From the human T2T-CHM13v2.0 reference genome, Homo sapiens, in the NCBI RefSeq assembly GCF_009914755.1, contig NC_060925.1: DNA of 64,000 bases. One strand, written 5' to 3'. The first letter of the stretch is position 1; every line of letters begins with the position of its first letter. The translations under genes and the position numbers were made by a program. This document shows, piece after piece, positions 43,901-58,292 of the stretch. A model generated the notes under the pieces. The model did no database searches, was not told the DNA's origin, and saw nothing but the letters and a program-made list of their open reading frames with translations.

Positions 43901-46900
43901 TGGAATCCTCATTGAATGGAAATGAAAGGGGTCATCATCTAATGGAATCGCATGGAATCATCATCAAATGGAATCGAATGGAATCATCATCAAATGGAAT
44001 CTAATGGAATCATTGAAAGAATTGAATGGAATCATCATCGAATGAATTGAATGCAATCATCGAATGTTCCCGAATGGAATCATCTTCTAATGGAAAGGGA
44101 TGGAATCATCGCATAGAATCGAATGGAATTATCATCGAATGGAATCGAATGGTATCAACACCAAACGGAAAAAAACGGAATTATCGAATGGAATCGAAGA
44201 GAATCTTCGAACGGACCCGAATGGAATCATCTAATGGAATGGAATGGAATAATCCATGGACTCGAATGCAATCATCATCGAATGGAATCGAATGGAATCA
44301 TCGAGTGGACTCGAATGGAATAATCATTGAACGGAATCGAATGGAATCATCATCGGATGGAAACGAATGGAATCATAATCGAATGGAAATGAAAGGAGTC
44401 ATCATCTAATGGAATTGCATGGAATCATCATCAAATGGAATCGAATGGAATCAACATCATATGGAATCAAATGGAATCATTGAACGGAATTGAATGGAAT
44501 CGTCATCGAATGAATTGAATGCAATCATCGAATGGTCTCGAATGGAATCATCTTCAAATGGAATGGAATGGAATCATCGCATAGAATCGAATGGAATTAT
44601 CATCGAATGGAATCGAATGGAATCAACATCAAACGGAAAAAAACGGAATTATCGAATGGAATCGAAGAGAATCATCGAATGGACCCGAATGGAATCATCT
44701 AATGGAATGGAATGGAATAATCGATGGACTCGAATGCAATCATCATCGAATGGAATCGAATGGAATCATCGAATGGACTCGAATGGAATAATCATTGAAC
44801 GGAATCGAATGGAATCATCATCGGATGGAAATGAATGGAATCATCATCGAATGGAATCGAATAGAATTATGGAATGAAATCCAGTGTGATCATCATCGAA
44901 TGGACCCGAATGGAATCATCATCCAACGGAAGCTAATGGAATCAATATCGAATGAATCAAATGGAAACACCATCGAATTTAAACGAATGGAATTACCATG
45001 AAATTGAAATGGATGGAGGACTCGAAAGGGATCATTATTGAATGGAATTGAATGGAATCATCGAATGGTCTCGATTGGAATCATTATCAAATGGAATCGA
45101 ATGGAATCACCGAATAGAATCGAATGGAACAATCATCGAATGGACTCAAATGGAATTATCCTCAAATGGAATCGAATGGAATTATCGAATGCAATCGAAT
45201 GGAATTATCGAATGCAATCGAATAGAATCATCGAATGGACTCGAATGGAATCATCGAATGGAATGGAATGGAACAGTCAATGAACTCGAATGGAATCATC
45301 ATTGAATGGAATCGAATGGAATCATCGAGTGGAATCGAATGAAATTATGATCAAATGGAATCGAATGTAATCATCATCAAATGGAATCAAAAATAACCAT
45401 CATCAATTGGTATTGAATGGAATTGTCATCAAATGGAATTCAAAGGAATCATCATCAAATGGAACCGAATGGAATCCTGATTGAATGGAAATTAAAGGGG
45501 TCATCATCTAATGGAATCGCATGGAATCATCATCAAATGGAATCGAATGGAATCATCATCAAATGGAATCTAATGGAATCATTGAACAGAATTGAATGGA
45601 ATCGTCATCGAATTAATTGAATGCAATCATCGAATGGTCTCGAATGGAATCATCTTCTAATGGAAAGGAATGGAATCATCGCATAGAATCGAATGGAATT
45701 ATCATCGAATGGAATCGAATGGTATCAACACCAAACGGAAAAAAACGGAATTATCGAATGGAATCGAAGAGAATCTTCGAACGGACCCGAATGGAATCAT
45801 CTAATGGAATGGAACGGAATAATCCATGGACTCGAATGCAATCATCATCGAATGGAATCGAATGGAATCATCGAATGGACTCGAATGGAATAATCATTGA
45901 ACGGAATCGAATGGAATCATCATCGGATGGAAACGAATGGAATCATCATCGAATGGAATCGAATAGAATTATGGAATGAAATCCAGTGTGATCATCATCG
46001 AATGGACCCGAATGGAATCATCATCCAACGGAAGCTAATGGAATCAACATCGAATGAATCAAATGGAAACACCATCGAATTGAAACGAATGGAATTACCA
46101 TGAAATTGAAATGGATGGACTCATCATCTAATGGATTCGAATGGAATCATCGAATAAAATTGATTGAAATCATCATCGAATGGAATCGAATGGTATCATT
46201 GAATGGAATCGAATGGAATCATCATCAGATGGAAATGAATGGAATCGTCATAGAATGGAATCGAATGGATTCATTGAATGGAATCAGATGGAATCATCGA
46301 ATGGACTGGAATGGAATCATTGAATGGACTCGAAAGGGATCATTATTGAATGGAATTGAATGGAATCATCGAATGGTCTCGATTGGAATCATTACCAAAT
46401 GGAATCGAATGGAATTACCGAATAGAATCGAATGGAACAATCATCGAATGGACTCGAATGGAATAATCATTGAACGGAATCGAATGGAATCATCATCGGA
46501 TGGAAACGAATGGAATCATCATCGAATGGAAATGAAAGGAGTCATCATCTAATGGAATTGCATGGAATCATCATAAAATGGAATCGAATGGAATCAACAT
46601 CAAATGGAATCAAATGGAATCATTGAACGGAATTGAATGGAATCGTCATCGAATGAATTGAATGCAATCATCGAATGGTCTCGAATGGAATCATCTTCAA
46701 ATGGAATGGAATGGAATCATCGCATAGAATCGAATGGAATTATCATCGAATGGAATCGAATGGAATCAACATCAAACGGAAAAAAACGGAAGTATCGAAT
46801 GGAATCGAAGAGAATCATCGAATGGACCCGAATGGAATCATCTAATGGAGTGGAATGGAATAATCCATGGACTCGAATGCAATCATCATCGAACGGAATC

Positions 46901-47140
46901 GAATGGAATCATCGAATGGACTCGAATGGAATAATCATTGAACGGAATCGAATGGAATCATCATCGGATGGAAACGAATGGAATCATCATCGAATGGAAT
47001 CGAATAGAATTATGGAATGAAATCCAGTGTGATCATCATCGAATGGACCCGAATGGAATCATCATCCAACGGAAGCTAATGGAATCAACATCGAATGAAT
47101 CAAATGGAAACACCATCGAATTGAAACGAATGGAATTACC
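34979..47140 (+). repeat. Structurally heterogeneous sub-array (units of 1775, 1285, 1825, 2147, 1776, 1211, 1102 and 1041 bp)
   Basis: Anchors at 34979, 36754, 38039, 39864, 42011, 43787, 44998, 46100 and 47141. Junctions are readable and many private substitutions are present. Confidence 0.9.
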
Positions 47141-50100
47141 ATGAAATTGAAATGGATGGACTCATCATCTAATGGATTCGAATGGAATCATCGAATAAAA
47201 TTGATTGAAATCATCATCGAATGGAATCGAATGGTATCATTGAATGGAATCGAATGGAATCATCATCAGATGGAAATGAATGGAATCGTCATAGAATGGA
47301 ATCGAATGGATTCATTGAATGGAATCAGATGGAATCATCGAATGGACTGGAATGGAATCATTGAATGGACTCGAAAGGGATCATTATTGAATGGAATTGA
47401 ATGGAATCATCGAATGGTCTCGATTGGAATCATTACTAAATGGAATCGAATGGAATCACCGAATAGAATCGAATGGAACAATCATCGAATGGACTCAAAT
47501 GGAATTATCCTCAAATGGAATCGAATGGAATTATCGAATGCAATCGAATGGAATTATCGAATGCAATCGAATAGAATCATCGAAAGGACTCGAATGGAAT
47601 CATCGAATGGAATGGAATGGAACAGTCAATGAACTCGAATGGAATCATCATTGAATGGAATCGAATGGAATCATCGAGTGGAATCGAATGGAATTATGAT
47701 CAAATGGAATCGAATGTAATCATCATCAAATGGAATCAAAAATAACCATCATCAATTGGTATTGAATGGAATTGTCATCAAATGGAATTCAAAGGAATCA
47801 TCATCAAATGGAACCGAATGGAATCCTGATTGAATGGAAATGAAAGGGGTCATCATCTGATGGAATCGCATGGAATCATCATCAAATGGAATCGAATGGA
47901 ATCATCATCAAATGGAATCTAATGGAATCATTGAACAGAATTGAATGGAATCGTCATCGAATGAATTGAATGCAATCATCGAATGGTCTCGAATGGAATC
48001 ATCTTCTAATGGAAAGGAATGGAATCATCGCATAGAATCGATTGGAATTATCATCGAATGGAATCGAATGGTATCAACACCAAACGGAAAAAAACGGAAT
48101 TATCGAATGGAATCGAAGAGAATCTTCGAACGGACCCGAATGGAATCATCTAATGGAATGGAATGGAATAATCCATGGACTCGAATGCAATCATCATCGA
48201 ATGGAATCGAATGGAATCATCGAATGGACTCGAATGGAATAATCATTGAACGGAATCGAATGGAATCATCATCGGATGCAAACGAATGGAATCATCATCG
48301 AATGGAAATGAAAGGAGTCATCATCTAATGGAATTGCATGGAATCATCATAAAATGGAATCGAATGGAATCAACATCAAATGGAATCAAATGGAATCATT
48401 GAACGGAATTGAATGGAATCGTCATCGAATGAATTGACTGCAATCATCGAATGGTCTCGAATGGAATCATCTTCAAATGGAATGGAATGGAATCATCGCA
48501 TAGAATCGAATGGAATTATCATCGAATGGAATCGAATGGAATCAACATCAAACGGAAAAAAACAGAATTATCGTATGGAATCGAAGAGAATCATCGAATG
48601 GACCCGAATGGAATCATCTAATGGAATGGAATGGAATAATCCATGGACTCGAATGCAATCATCATCGAATGGAATCGAATGGAATCATCGAATGGACTCG
48701 AATGGAATAATCATTGAACGGAATCGAATGGAATCATCATCGGATGGAAATGAATGGAATCATCATCGAATGGAATCGAATAGAATTATGGAATGAAATC
48801 CAGTGTGATCATCATCGAATGGACCCGAATGGAATCATCATCCAACGGAAGCTAATGGAATCAACATCGAATGAATCGATTGGAAACACCATCGAATTGA
48901 AACGAATGGAATTATCATGAAATTGAAATGGATGGACTCATCATCGAATGGATTCGAATGGAATCATCAAATAAAATTGATTGAAATCATCATCAAATGG
49001 AATCGAATGGTATCATTGAATGGAATCGAATGGAATCATCATCAGATGGAAATGAATGGAATCGTCATAGAATGGAATCGAATGGATTCATTGAATGGAA
49101 TCAGATGGAATCATCGAATGGACTGGAATGGAATCATTGAATGGACTCGAAAGGGATCATTATTGAATGGAATTGAATGGAATCATCGAATGGTCTCGAT
49201 TGGAATCATTACCAAATGGAATCGAATGGAATCACCGAATAGAATCGAATGGAACAATCATCGAATGGACTCAAATGGAATTATCCTCAAATGGAATCGA
49301 ATGGAATTATCAAATGCAATCGAATGGAATTATCGAATGCAATCGAATAGAATCATCGAAAGGACTCGAATGGAATCATCGAATGGAATGGAATGGAACA
49401 GTCAATGAACTCGAATGGAATCATCATTGAATGGAATCGAATGGAATCATCGAGTGGAATCGAATGGAATTATGATCAAATGGAATCGAATGTAATCATC
49501 ATCAAATGGAATCAAAAATAACCATCATCAATTGGTATTGAATGGAATTGTCATCAAATGGAATTCAAAGGAATCATCATCAAATGGAACCGAATGGAAT
49601 CCTGATTGAATGGAAATGACAGGGGTCATCATCTGATGGAATCGCATGGAATCATCATCAAATGGAATCGAATGGAATCATCATCAAATGGAATCTAATG
49701 GAATCATTGAACAGAATTGAATGGAATCGTCATCGAATGAATTGAATGCAATCATCGAATGGTCTCGAATGGAATCATCTTCTAATGGAAAGGAATGGAA
49801 TCATCGCATAGAATCGAATGGAATTAACATTGAATGGACTCGAATGGAATCAACATCAAATGAAATCAAGCGGAATTATCGAATGAAATCGAAGAGAATC
49901 ATCGAATGGACTCGAATGGAATCATCTAATGGAATGGAATGGAATAATCCACGGACTCGAATGCAATCATCATTGTATAGAATCGAATGGAATCATCGAA
50001 TGGACTCGAATGGAATAACCATTGAACGGAATAGAATGGAATCATCATCGGAAGGAAACGAATGGAATCATCATCGAATGGAAATGTAAGGAGTCATCAT

Positions 50101-52468
50101 CTAATGGAATTGCATGGAATCATCATAAAATGGAATCGAATGGAATCATCATCAAATGGAATCAAATGGAATCATTGAACGGAATTGAATGGAATCGTCA
50201 TCGAATGAATTGAATGCAATCATCGAATGGTCTCGAATGGAATCATCTTCAAATGGAATGGAATGGAATCATCGCATAGAATCGAATGGAATTATCATCG
50301 AATGGAATCGAATGGTATCAACATCAAACGGAAAAAAACGGAATTATCGAATGGAATCGAAGAGAATCTTCGAACGGACCCGAAAGGAATCATCTAATGG
50401 AATGGAATGGAATAATCCATGGACTCGAATGCAATCATCATCGAATGGAATCGAATGGAATCATTGAATGGACTCGAATGGAATAATCATTGAACGGAAT
50501 CGAATGGAATCATCATCGGATGGAAATGAATGGAATCATCATCGAATGGAATCGAATAGAATTATGGAATGAAATCCAGTGTGATCATCATCGAATGGAC
50601 CCGAATGGAATCATCATCCAACGGAAGCTAATGGAATCAACATCGAATGAATCGAATGGAAACACCATCGAATTGAAACGAATGGAATTATCATGAAATT
50701 GAAATGGATGGACTCATCATCGAATGGATTCGAATGGAATCATCGAATAAAATTGATTGAAATCATCATCGAATGGAATCGAATGGTATCATTGAATGGA
50801 ATCGAATGGAATCGTCATCAGATGGAAATGAATGGAATCGTCATAGAATGGAATCGAATGGATTCATTGAATAGAATCAGATGGAATCATCGAATGGACT
50901 GGAATGGAATCATTGAATGGACTCGAAAGGGATCATTATTGAATGGAATTGAATGGAATCATCGAATGGTCTCGATTGGAATCATTATCAAATGGAATCG
51001 AATGGAATCACCGAATAGAATCGAATGGAACAATCATCGAATGGACTCAAATGGAATTATCCTCAAATGGAATCGAATGGAATTATCGAATGCAATCGAA
51101 TGGAATTATAGAATGCAATCGAATAGAATCATCGAAAGGACTCGAATGGAATCATCGAATGGAATGGAATGGAACAGTCAATGAACTCGAATGGAATCAT
51201 CATTGAATGGAATCGAATGGAATCATCGAGTGGAATCGAATGGAATTATGATGAAATGGAATCGAATGTAATCATCATCAAATGGAATCAAAAATAACCA
51301 TCATCAATTGGTATTGAATGGAATTGTCATCAAATGGAATTCAAAGGAATCATCATCAAATGGAACCGAATGGAAGCCTCATTGAATGGAAATGAAAGGG
51401 GTCATCATCTAATGGAATCGCATGGAATCATCATCAAATGGAATCGAATGGAATCATCATCAAATGGAATCTAATGGAATCATTGAACAGAATTGAATGG
51501 AATCGTCATCGAATGAATTGAATGCAATCATCGAATGGTCTCGAATGGAATCATCTTCTAATGGAAAGGAATGGAATCATCGCATAGAATCGAATGGAAT
51601 TATCATCGAATGGAATCGAATGGTATCAACACCAAACGGAAAAAAACGGAATTATCGAATGGAATCGAAGAGAATCTTCGAACGGACCCGAATTTAATGA
51701 TCTAATGGAATGGAATGGAATAATCCATGGACTCGAATGCAATCATCATCGAATGGAATCGAATGGAATCATCGAATGGACTCGAATGAAATAATCATTG
51801 AACGGAATCGAATGGAATCATCATCGGATGGAAACGAATGGAATCATCATCCAATGGAAATGAAAGGAGTCATCATCTAATGGAATTGCATGGAATCATC
51901 ATAAAATGGAATCGAATGGAATCACCATCAAATGGAATCAAATGGAATAATTGAACGGAATTGAATGGAATCGTCATCGAATGAATTGAATGCAATCATC
52001 GAATGGTCTAGAATTGAATCATCTTCAAATGGAATGGAATGGAATCATCGCATAGAATCGAATGGAAGTATCATCGAATGGAATCGAATGGAATCAACAT
52101 CAAACGGAAAAAAACGGAATTATCGAATGGAATCGAAGAGAATCATCGAATGGACCCGAATGGAATCATCTAATGGAATGGAATGGAATAATCCATGGAC
52201 TCGAATGCAATCATCATCGAATGGAATCGAATGGAATCATCGAATGGACTCGAATGGAATAATCATTGAACGGAATCGAATGGAATCATCATCGGATGGA
52301 AATGAATGGAATCATCATCGAATGGAATCGAATAGAATTATGGAATGAAATCCAGTGTGATCATCATCGAATGGACCCGAATGGAATCATCATTCAACGG
52401 AAGCTAATGGAATCAACATCGAATGAATCGAATGGAAACACCATCGAATTGAAACGAATGGAATTATC
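47141..52468 (+). repeat. Three 1,776 bp units of mixed module type
   Basis: Anchors at 47141, 48917, 50693 and 52469. The module at 49721 carries the divergent variants but lacks the 147 bp duplication. Confidence 0.9.
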
Positions 52469-55400
52469 ATGAAATTGAAATGGATGGACTCATCATCGAA
52501 TGGATTCGAATGGAATCATCGAATAAAATTGATTGAAATCATCATCCAATGGAATCGAATGGTATCATTGAATGGAATCGAATGGAATCATCATCAGATG
52601 GAAATGAATGGAATCGTCATAGAATGGAATCGAATGGATTCATTGAATGGAATCAGATGGAATCATCGAATGGACTGGAATGGAATCATTGAATGGACTC
52701 GAAAGGGATCATGATTGAATGGAATTGAATGGAATCATCGAATGGTCTCGATTGGAATCATTAACAAATGGAATCGAATGGAATCACCGAATAGAATCGA
52801 ATGGAACAATCATCGAATGGACTCAAATGGAATTATCCTCCAATGGAATCGAATGGAATTATCGAATGCAATCGAATGGAATTATCGAATGCAATCGAAT
52901 AGAATCATCGAATGGACTCGAATGGAATCATCGAATGGAATGGAATGGAACAGTCAAGGAACTCGAATGGAATCATCATTGAATGGAATCGAATGGAATC
53001 ATCGAGTGGAATCGAATGGAAATATGATCAAATGGAATCGAATATAATCATCATCAAATGGAATCAAAAATAACCATCATTAATTGGTATTGAATGGAAT
53101 TCTCATCAAATGGAATTCAAAGGAATCATCATCAAATGGAACTGAATGGAATCCTCATTGAATGGAAATGAAAGGGGTCATCATCTAATGGAATCGCATG
53201 GAATCATCATCAAATGGAATCGAATGGAATCATCATCAAATGGAATCTGATGGAATCATTGAACAGAATTGAATGGAATCGTCATCGAATGAATTGAATG
53301 CAATCATCGAATGGTCTCGAATGTAATCACATTCTAATGGAAAGGAATGGAATCATCGCATAGAATCGAATGGAATTAACATTGAATGGACTCGAATGGA
53401 ATCAACATCAAACGGAATCAAGCGGAATTATCGAATGGAATCGAAGAGAATCATCGAATGGTCTCGAATGGAATCATCTTCTAATGGAAAGGAATGGAAT
53501 CATCGCATAGAATCGAATGGAATTAACATTGAATGGACTCGAATGGAATCAACATCAAATGGAATCAAGCGGAATTATCGAATGAAATCGAAGAGAATCA
53601 TCGAATGGACTCGAATGGAATCATCTAATGGAATGGAATGGAATAATCCACGGACTCGAATGCAATCATCATTGTATAGAATCGAATGGAATCATCGAAT
53701 GGACTCGAATGGAATAAACATTGAACGGAATAGAATGGAATCATCATCGGAAGGAAACGAATGGAATCATCATCGAATGGAAATGTAAGGAGTCATCATC
53801 TAATGGAATTGCATGGAATCATCATAAAATGGAATCGAATGGAATCATCATCAAATGGAATCAAATGGAATCATTGAACGGAATTGAATGGAATCGTCAT
53901 CGAATGAATTGAATGCAATCATCGAATGGTCTCGAATGGAATCATCTTCAAATGGAATGGAATGGAATCATCGCATAGAATCGAATGGAATTATCATCGA
54001 ATGGAATCGAATGGAATCAACATCAAACGGAAAAAAACGGAATTATCGAATGGAATCGAAGAGAATCTTCGAACGGACCCGAAAGGAATCATCTAATGGA
54101 ATGGAATGGAATAATCCATGGACTCGAATGCAATCATCATCGAATGGAATCGAATGGAATCATTGAATGGACTCGAATGGAATAATCATTGAACGGAATC
54201 GAATGGAATCATCATCGGATGGAAATGAATGGAATCATCATCGAATGGAATCGAATAGAATTATGGAATGAAATCCAGTGTGATCATCATCGAATGGACC
54301 CGAATGGAATCATCATCCAACGGAAGCTAATGGAATCAACATCGAATGAATCGAATGGAAACACCATCGAATTGAAACGAATGGAATTATCATGAAATTG
54401 AAATGGATGGACTCATCATCGAATGGATTCGAATGGAATCATCGAATAAAATTGATTGAAATCATCATCGAATGGAATCGAATGGTATCATTGAATGGAA
54501 TCGAATGGAATCGTCATCAGATGGAAATGAATGGAATCGTCATAGAATGGAATCGAATGGATTCATTGAATAGAATCAGATGGAATCATCGAATGGACTG
54601 GAATGGAATCATTGAATGGACTCGAAAGGGATCATTATTGAATGGAATTGAATGGAATCATCGAATGGTCTCGATTGGAATCATTAACAAATGGAATCGA
54701 ATGGAATCACCGAATAGAATCGAATGGAACAATCATCGAATGGACTCAAATGGAATTATCCTCAAATGGAATCGAATGGAATTATCGAATGCAATCGAAT
54801 GGAATTATCGAATGCAATCGAATAGAATCATCGAAAGGACTCGAATGGAATCATCGAATGGAATGGAATGGAACAGTCAATGAACTCGAATGGAATCATC
54901 ATTGAATGGAATCGAATGGAATCATCGAGTGGAATCGAATGGAATTATGATCAAATGGAATCGAATGTAATCATCATCAAATGGAATCAAAAATAACCAT
55001 CATCAATTGGTATTGAATGGAATTGTCATCAAATGGAATTCAAAGGAATCATCATCAAATGGAACCGAATGGAATCCTCATTGAATGGAAATGAAAGGGG
55101 TCATCATCTAATGGAATCGCATGGAATCATCATCAAATGGAATCGAATGGAATCATCATCAAATGGAATCTAATGGAATCATTGAAAAGAATTGAATGGA
55201 ATCATCATCGAATGAATTGAATGCAATCATCGAAAGGTCTCGAATGGAATCATCTTCTAATGGAAAGGAATGGAATCATCGCATAGAATCGAATGGAATT
55301 ATCATCGAATGGAATCGAATGGTATCAACACCAAACGGAAAAAAACGGAATTATCGAATGGAATCGAAGAGAATCTTCGAACGGACCCGAATTTAATGAT

Positions 55401-58292
55401 CTAATGGAATGGAATGGAATAATCCATGGACTCGAATGCAATCATCATCGAATGGAATCGAATGGAATCATCGAATGGACTCGAATGGAATAATCATTGA
55501 ACGGAATCGAATGGAATCATCATCGGATGGAAACGAATGGAATCATCATCGAATGGAAATGAAAGGAGTCATCATCTAATGGAATTGCATGGAATCATCA
55601 TAAAATGGAATCGAATGGAATCAACATCAAATGGAATCAAATGGAATCATTGAACGGAATTGAATGGAATCGTCATCGAATGAATTGAATGCAATCATCG
55701 AATGGTCTCGAATGGAATCATCTTCACATGGAATGGAATGGAATCATCGCATAGAATCGAATGGAATTATCATCGAATGAAATCGAATGGAATCAACATC
55801 AAACGGAAAAAAACGGAATTATCGAATGGAATCGAAGAGAATCATCGAATGGACCCGAATGGAATCATCTAATGGAATGGAATGGAATAATCCATGGACT
55901 CGAATGCAATCATCATCGAATGGAATCGAATGGAATCATCGAATGGACTCGAATGGAATAATCATTGAACGGAATCGAATGGAATCATCATCGGATGGAA
56001 ATGAATGGAATCATCATCGAATGGAATCGAATAGAATTATGGAATGAAATCCAGTGTGATCATCATCGAATGGACCCGAATGGAATCATCATCCAACGGA
56101 AGCTAATGGAATCAACATCGAATGAATCAAATGGAAACACCATCGAATTGAAACGAATGGAATTACCATGAAATTGAAATGGATGGACTCATCATCAAAT
56201 GGATTCGAGTGGAATCATCGAATAAAATTGATTGAAATCATCATCAAATGGAATCGAATGGTATCATTGAATGGAATCGAATGGAATCATCATCAGATGG
56301 AAATGAAAGGAATCGTCATAGAATGGAATTGAATGGATTCATTGAATGGAATCAGATGGAATCATTGAATGGACTGGAATGGAATCATTGAATGGACTCG
56401 AAAGGGATCATTATTGAATGGAATTGAATGGAATCATCGAATGGTCTCGATTGGAATCATTATCAAATGGAATCGAATGGAATCACCAAATAGAATCGAA
56501 TGGAACAATCATCGAATGGACTCAAATGGAATTATCCTCAAATGGAATTGAATGGAATTGTCGAATGCAATCGAATGGAATTATCGAATGCAATCGAATA
56601 GAATCATCGAATGGACTCGAATGGAATCATCGAATGGAATGGAATGGAACAGTCAATGAACTCGAATGGAATCATCATTGAATGGAATCGAATGGAATCA
56701 TCGAGTGGAATCGAATGGAATTATGATCAAATGGAATCGAATGTAATCATCATCAAATGGAATCAAAAATAACCATCATCAATTGGTATTGAATGGAATT
56801 CTCATCAAATGGAATTCAAAGGAATCATCATCAAATGGAACCGAAGGGTATCCTCATTGAATGGAAATGAAAGGGGTCATCATCTAATGGAATCGCATGG
56901 AATCATCATCAAATGGAATCGAATGGAATCAACATCAAATGGAATCAAATGGAGTCATTGAACGGAATTGAATGGAATCGTCATCGAATGAATTGAATGC
57001 AATCATCGAATGGTCTCGAATGGAATCATCTTCAAATGGAATGGAATGGAATCATCACATACAATCGAATGGAATTATCATCGAATGGAATCGAATGGAA
57101 TCAACATCAAACGGAAAAAAACGGAATTATCGAATGGAATCGAAGAGAATCATCGAATGGACCCGAATGGAATCATCTAATGGAATGGAATGGAATAATC
57201 CATGGACTCGAATGCAATCATCATAGAATGGAATCGAATGGAATCATCGAATGGACTCGAATGGAATAATCATTGAACGGAATCGAATGGAATCATCATC
57301 GGATGGAAACGAATGGAATCATCATCGAATGGAATCGAATAGATTTATGGAATGAAATCCAGTGTGATCATCATCGAATGGACCCGAATGGAATCATCAT
57401 CCAACGGAAGCTAATGAAATCAACATCGAATGAATCAAATGGAAACACCATCGAATTGAAACGAATGGAATTACCATGAAATTGAAATGGATGGACTCAT
57501 CATCAAATGGATTCGAATGGAATCATCGAATAAAATTGATTGAAATCATCATCGAATGGAATCGAATGGTATCATTGAATGGAATCGAATGGAATCATCA
57601 TCAGATGGAAATGAATGGAATCGTCATAGAATGGAATCGAATGGATTCATTGAATGGAATCAGATGGAATCATTGAATGGACTGGAATGGAATCATTGAA
57701 TGGACTCGAAAGGGATCATGATTGAATGGAATTGAATGGAATCATGGAATGGTCTCGATTGGAATCATTATCAAATGGAATCGAATGGAATCACCGAATA
57801 GAATCGAATGGAACAATCATCGAATGGACTCAAATGGAATTATCCTCAAATGGAATCGAATGGAATTATCGAATGCAATCGAATGGAATTATCGAATGCA
57901 ATCGAATAGAATCATCGAAAGGACTCGAATGGAATCATCGAATGGAATGGAATGGAACAGTCAATGAACTCGAATGGAATCATCATTGAATGGAATCGAA
58001 TGGAATCATCGAGTGGAATCGAATGGAATTATGATCAAATGGAATCGAATGTAATCATCATCAAATGGAATCAAAAATAACCATCATCAATTGGTATTGA
58101 ATGGAATTGTCATCAAATGGAATTCAAAGGAATCATCATCAAATGGAACCGAATGGAATCCTCATTGAATGGAAATGAAAGGGGTCATCATCTAATGGAA
58201 TCGCATGGAATCATCATCAAATGGAATCGAATGGAATCATCATCAAATGGAATCTAATGGAATCATTGAAAAGAATTGAATGGAATCATCAT
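51510..58292 (+). repeat. 6,783 bp higher-order repeat, copy 1 (boundary approximate)
   Basis: Private variants recur at +6783: AATTTAATGA 51691/58474 and 55390/62173; CCGAAGGGTATCC 56841/63624. Length is 1923+1776+1308+1776. Confidence 0.9.
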
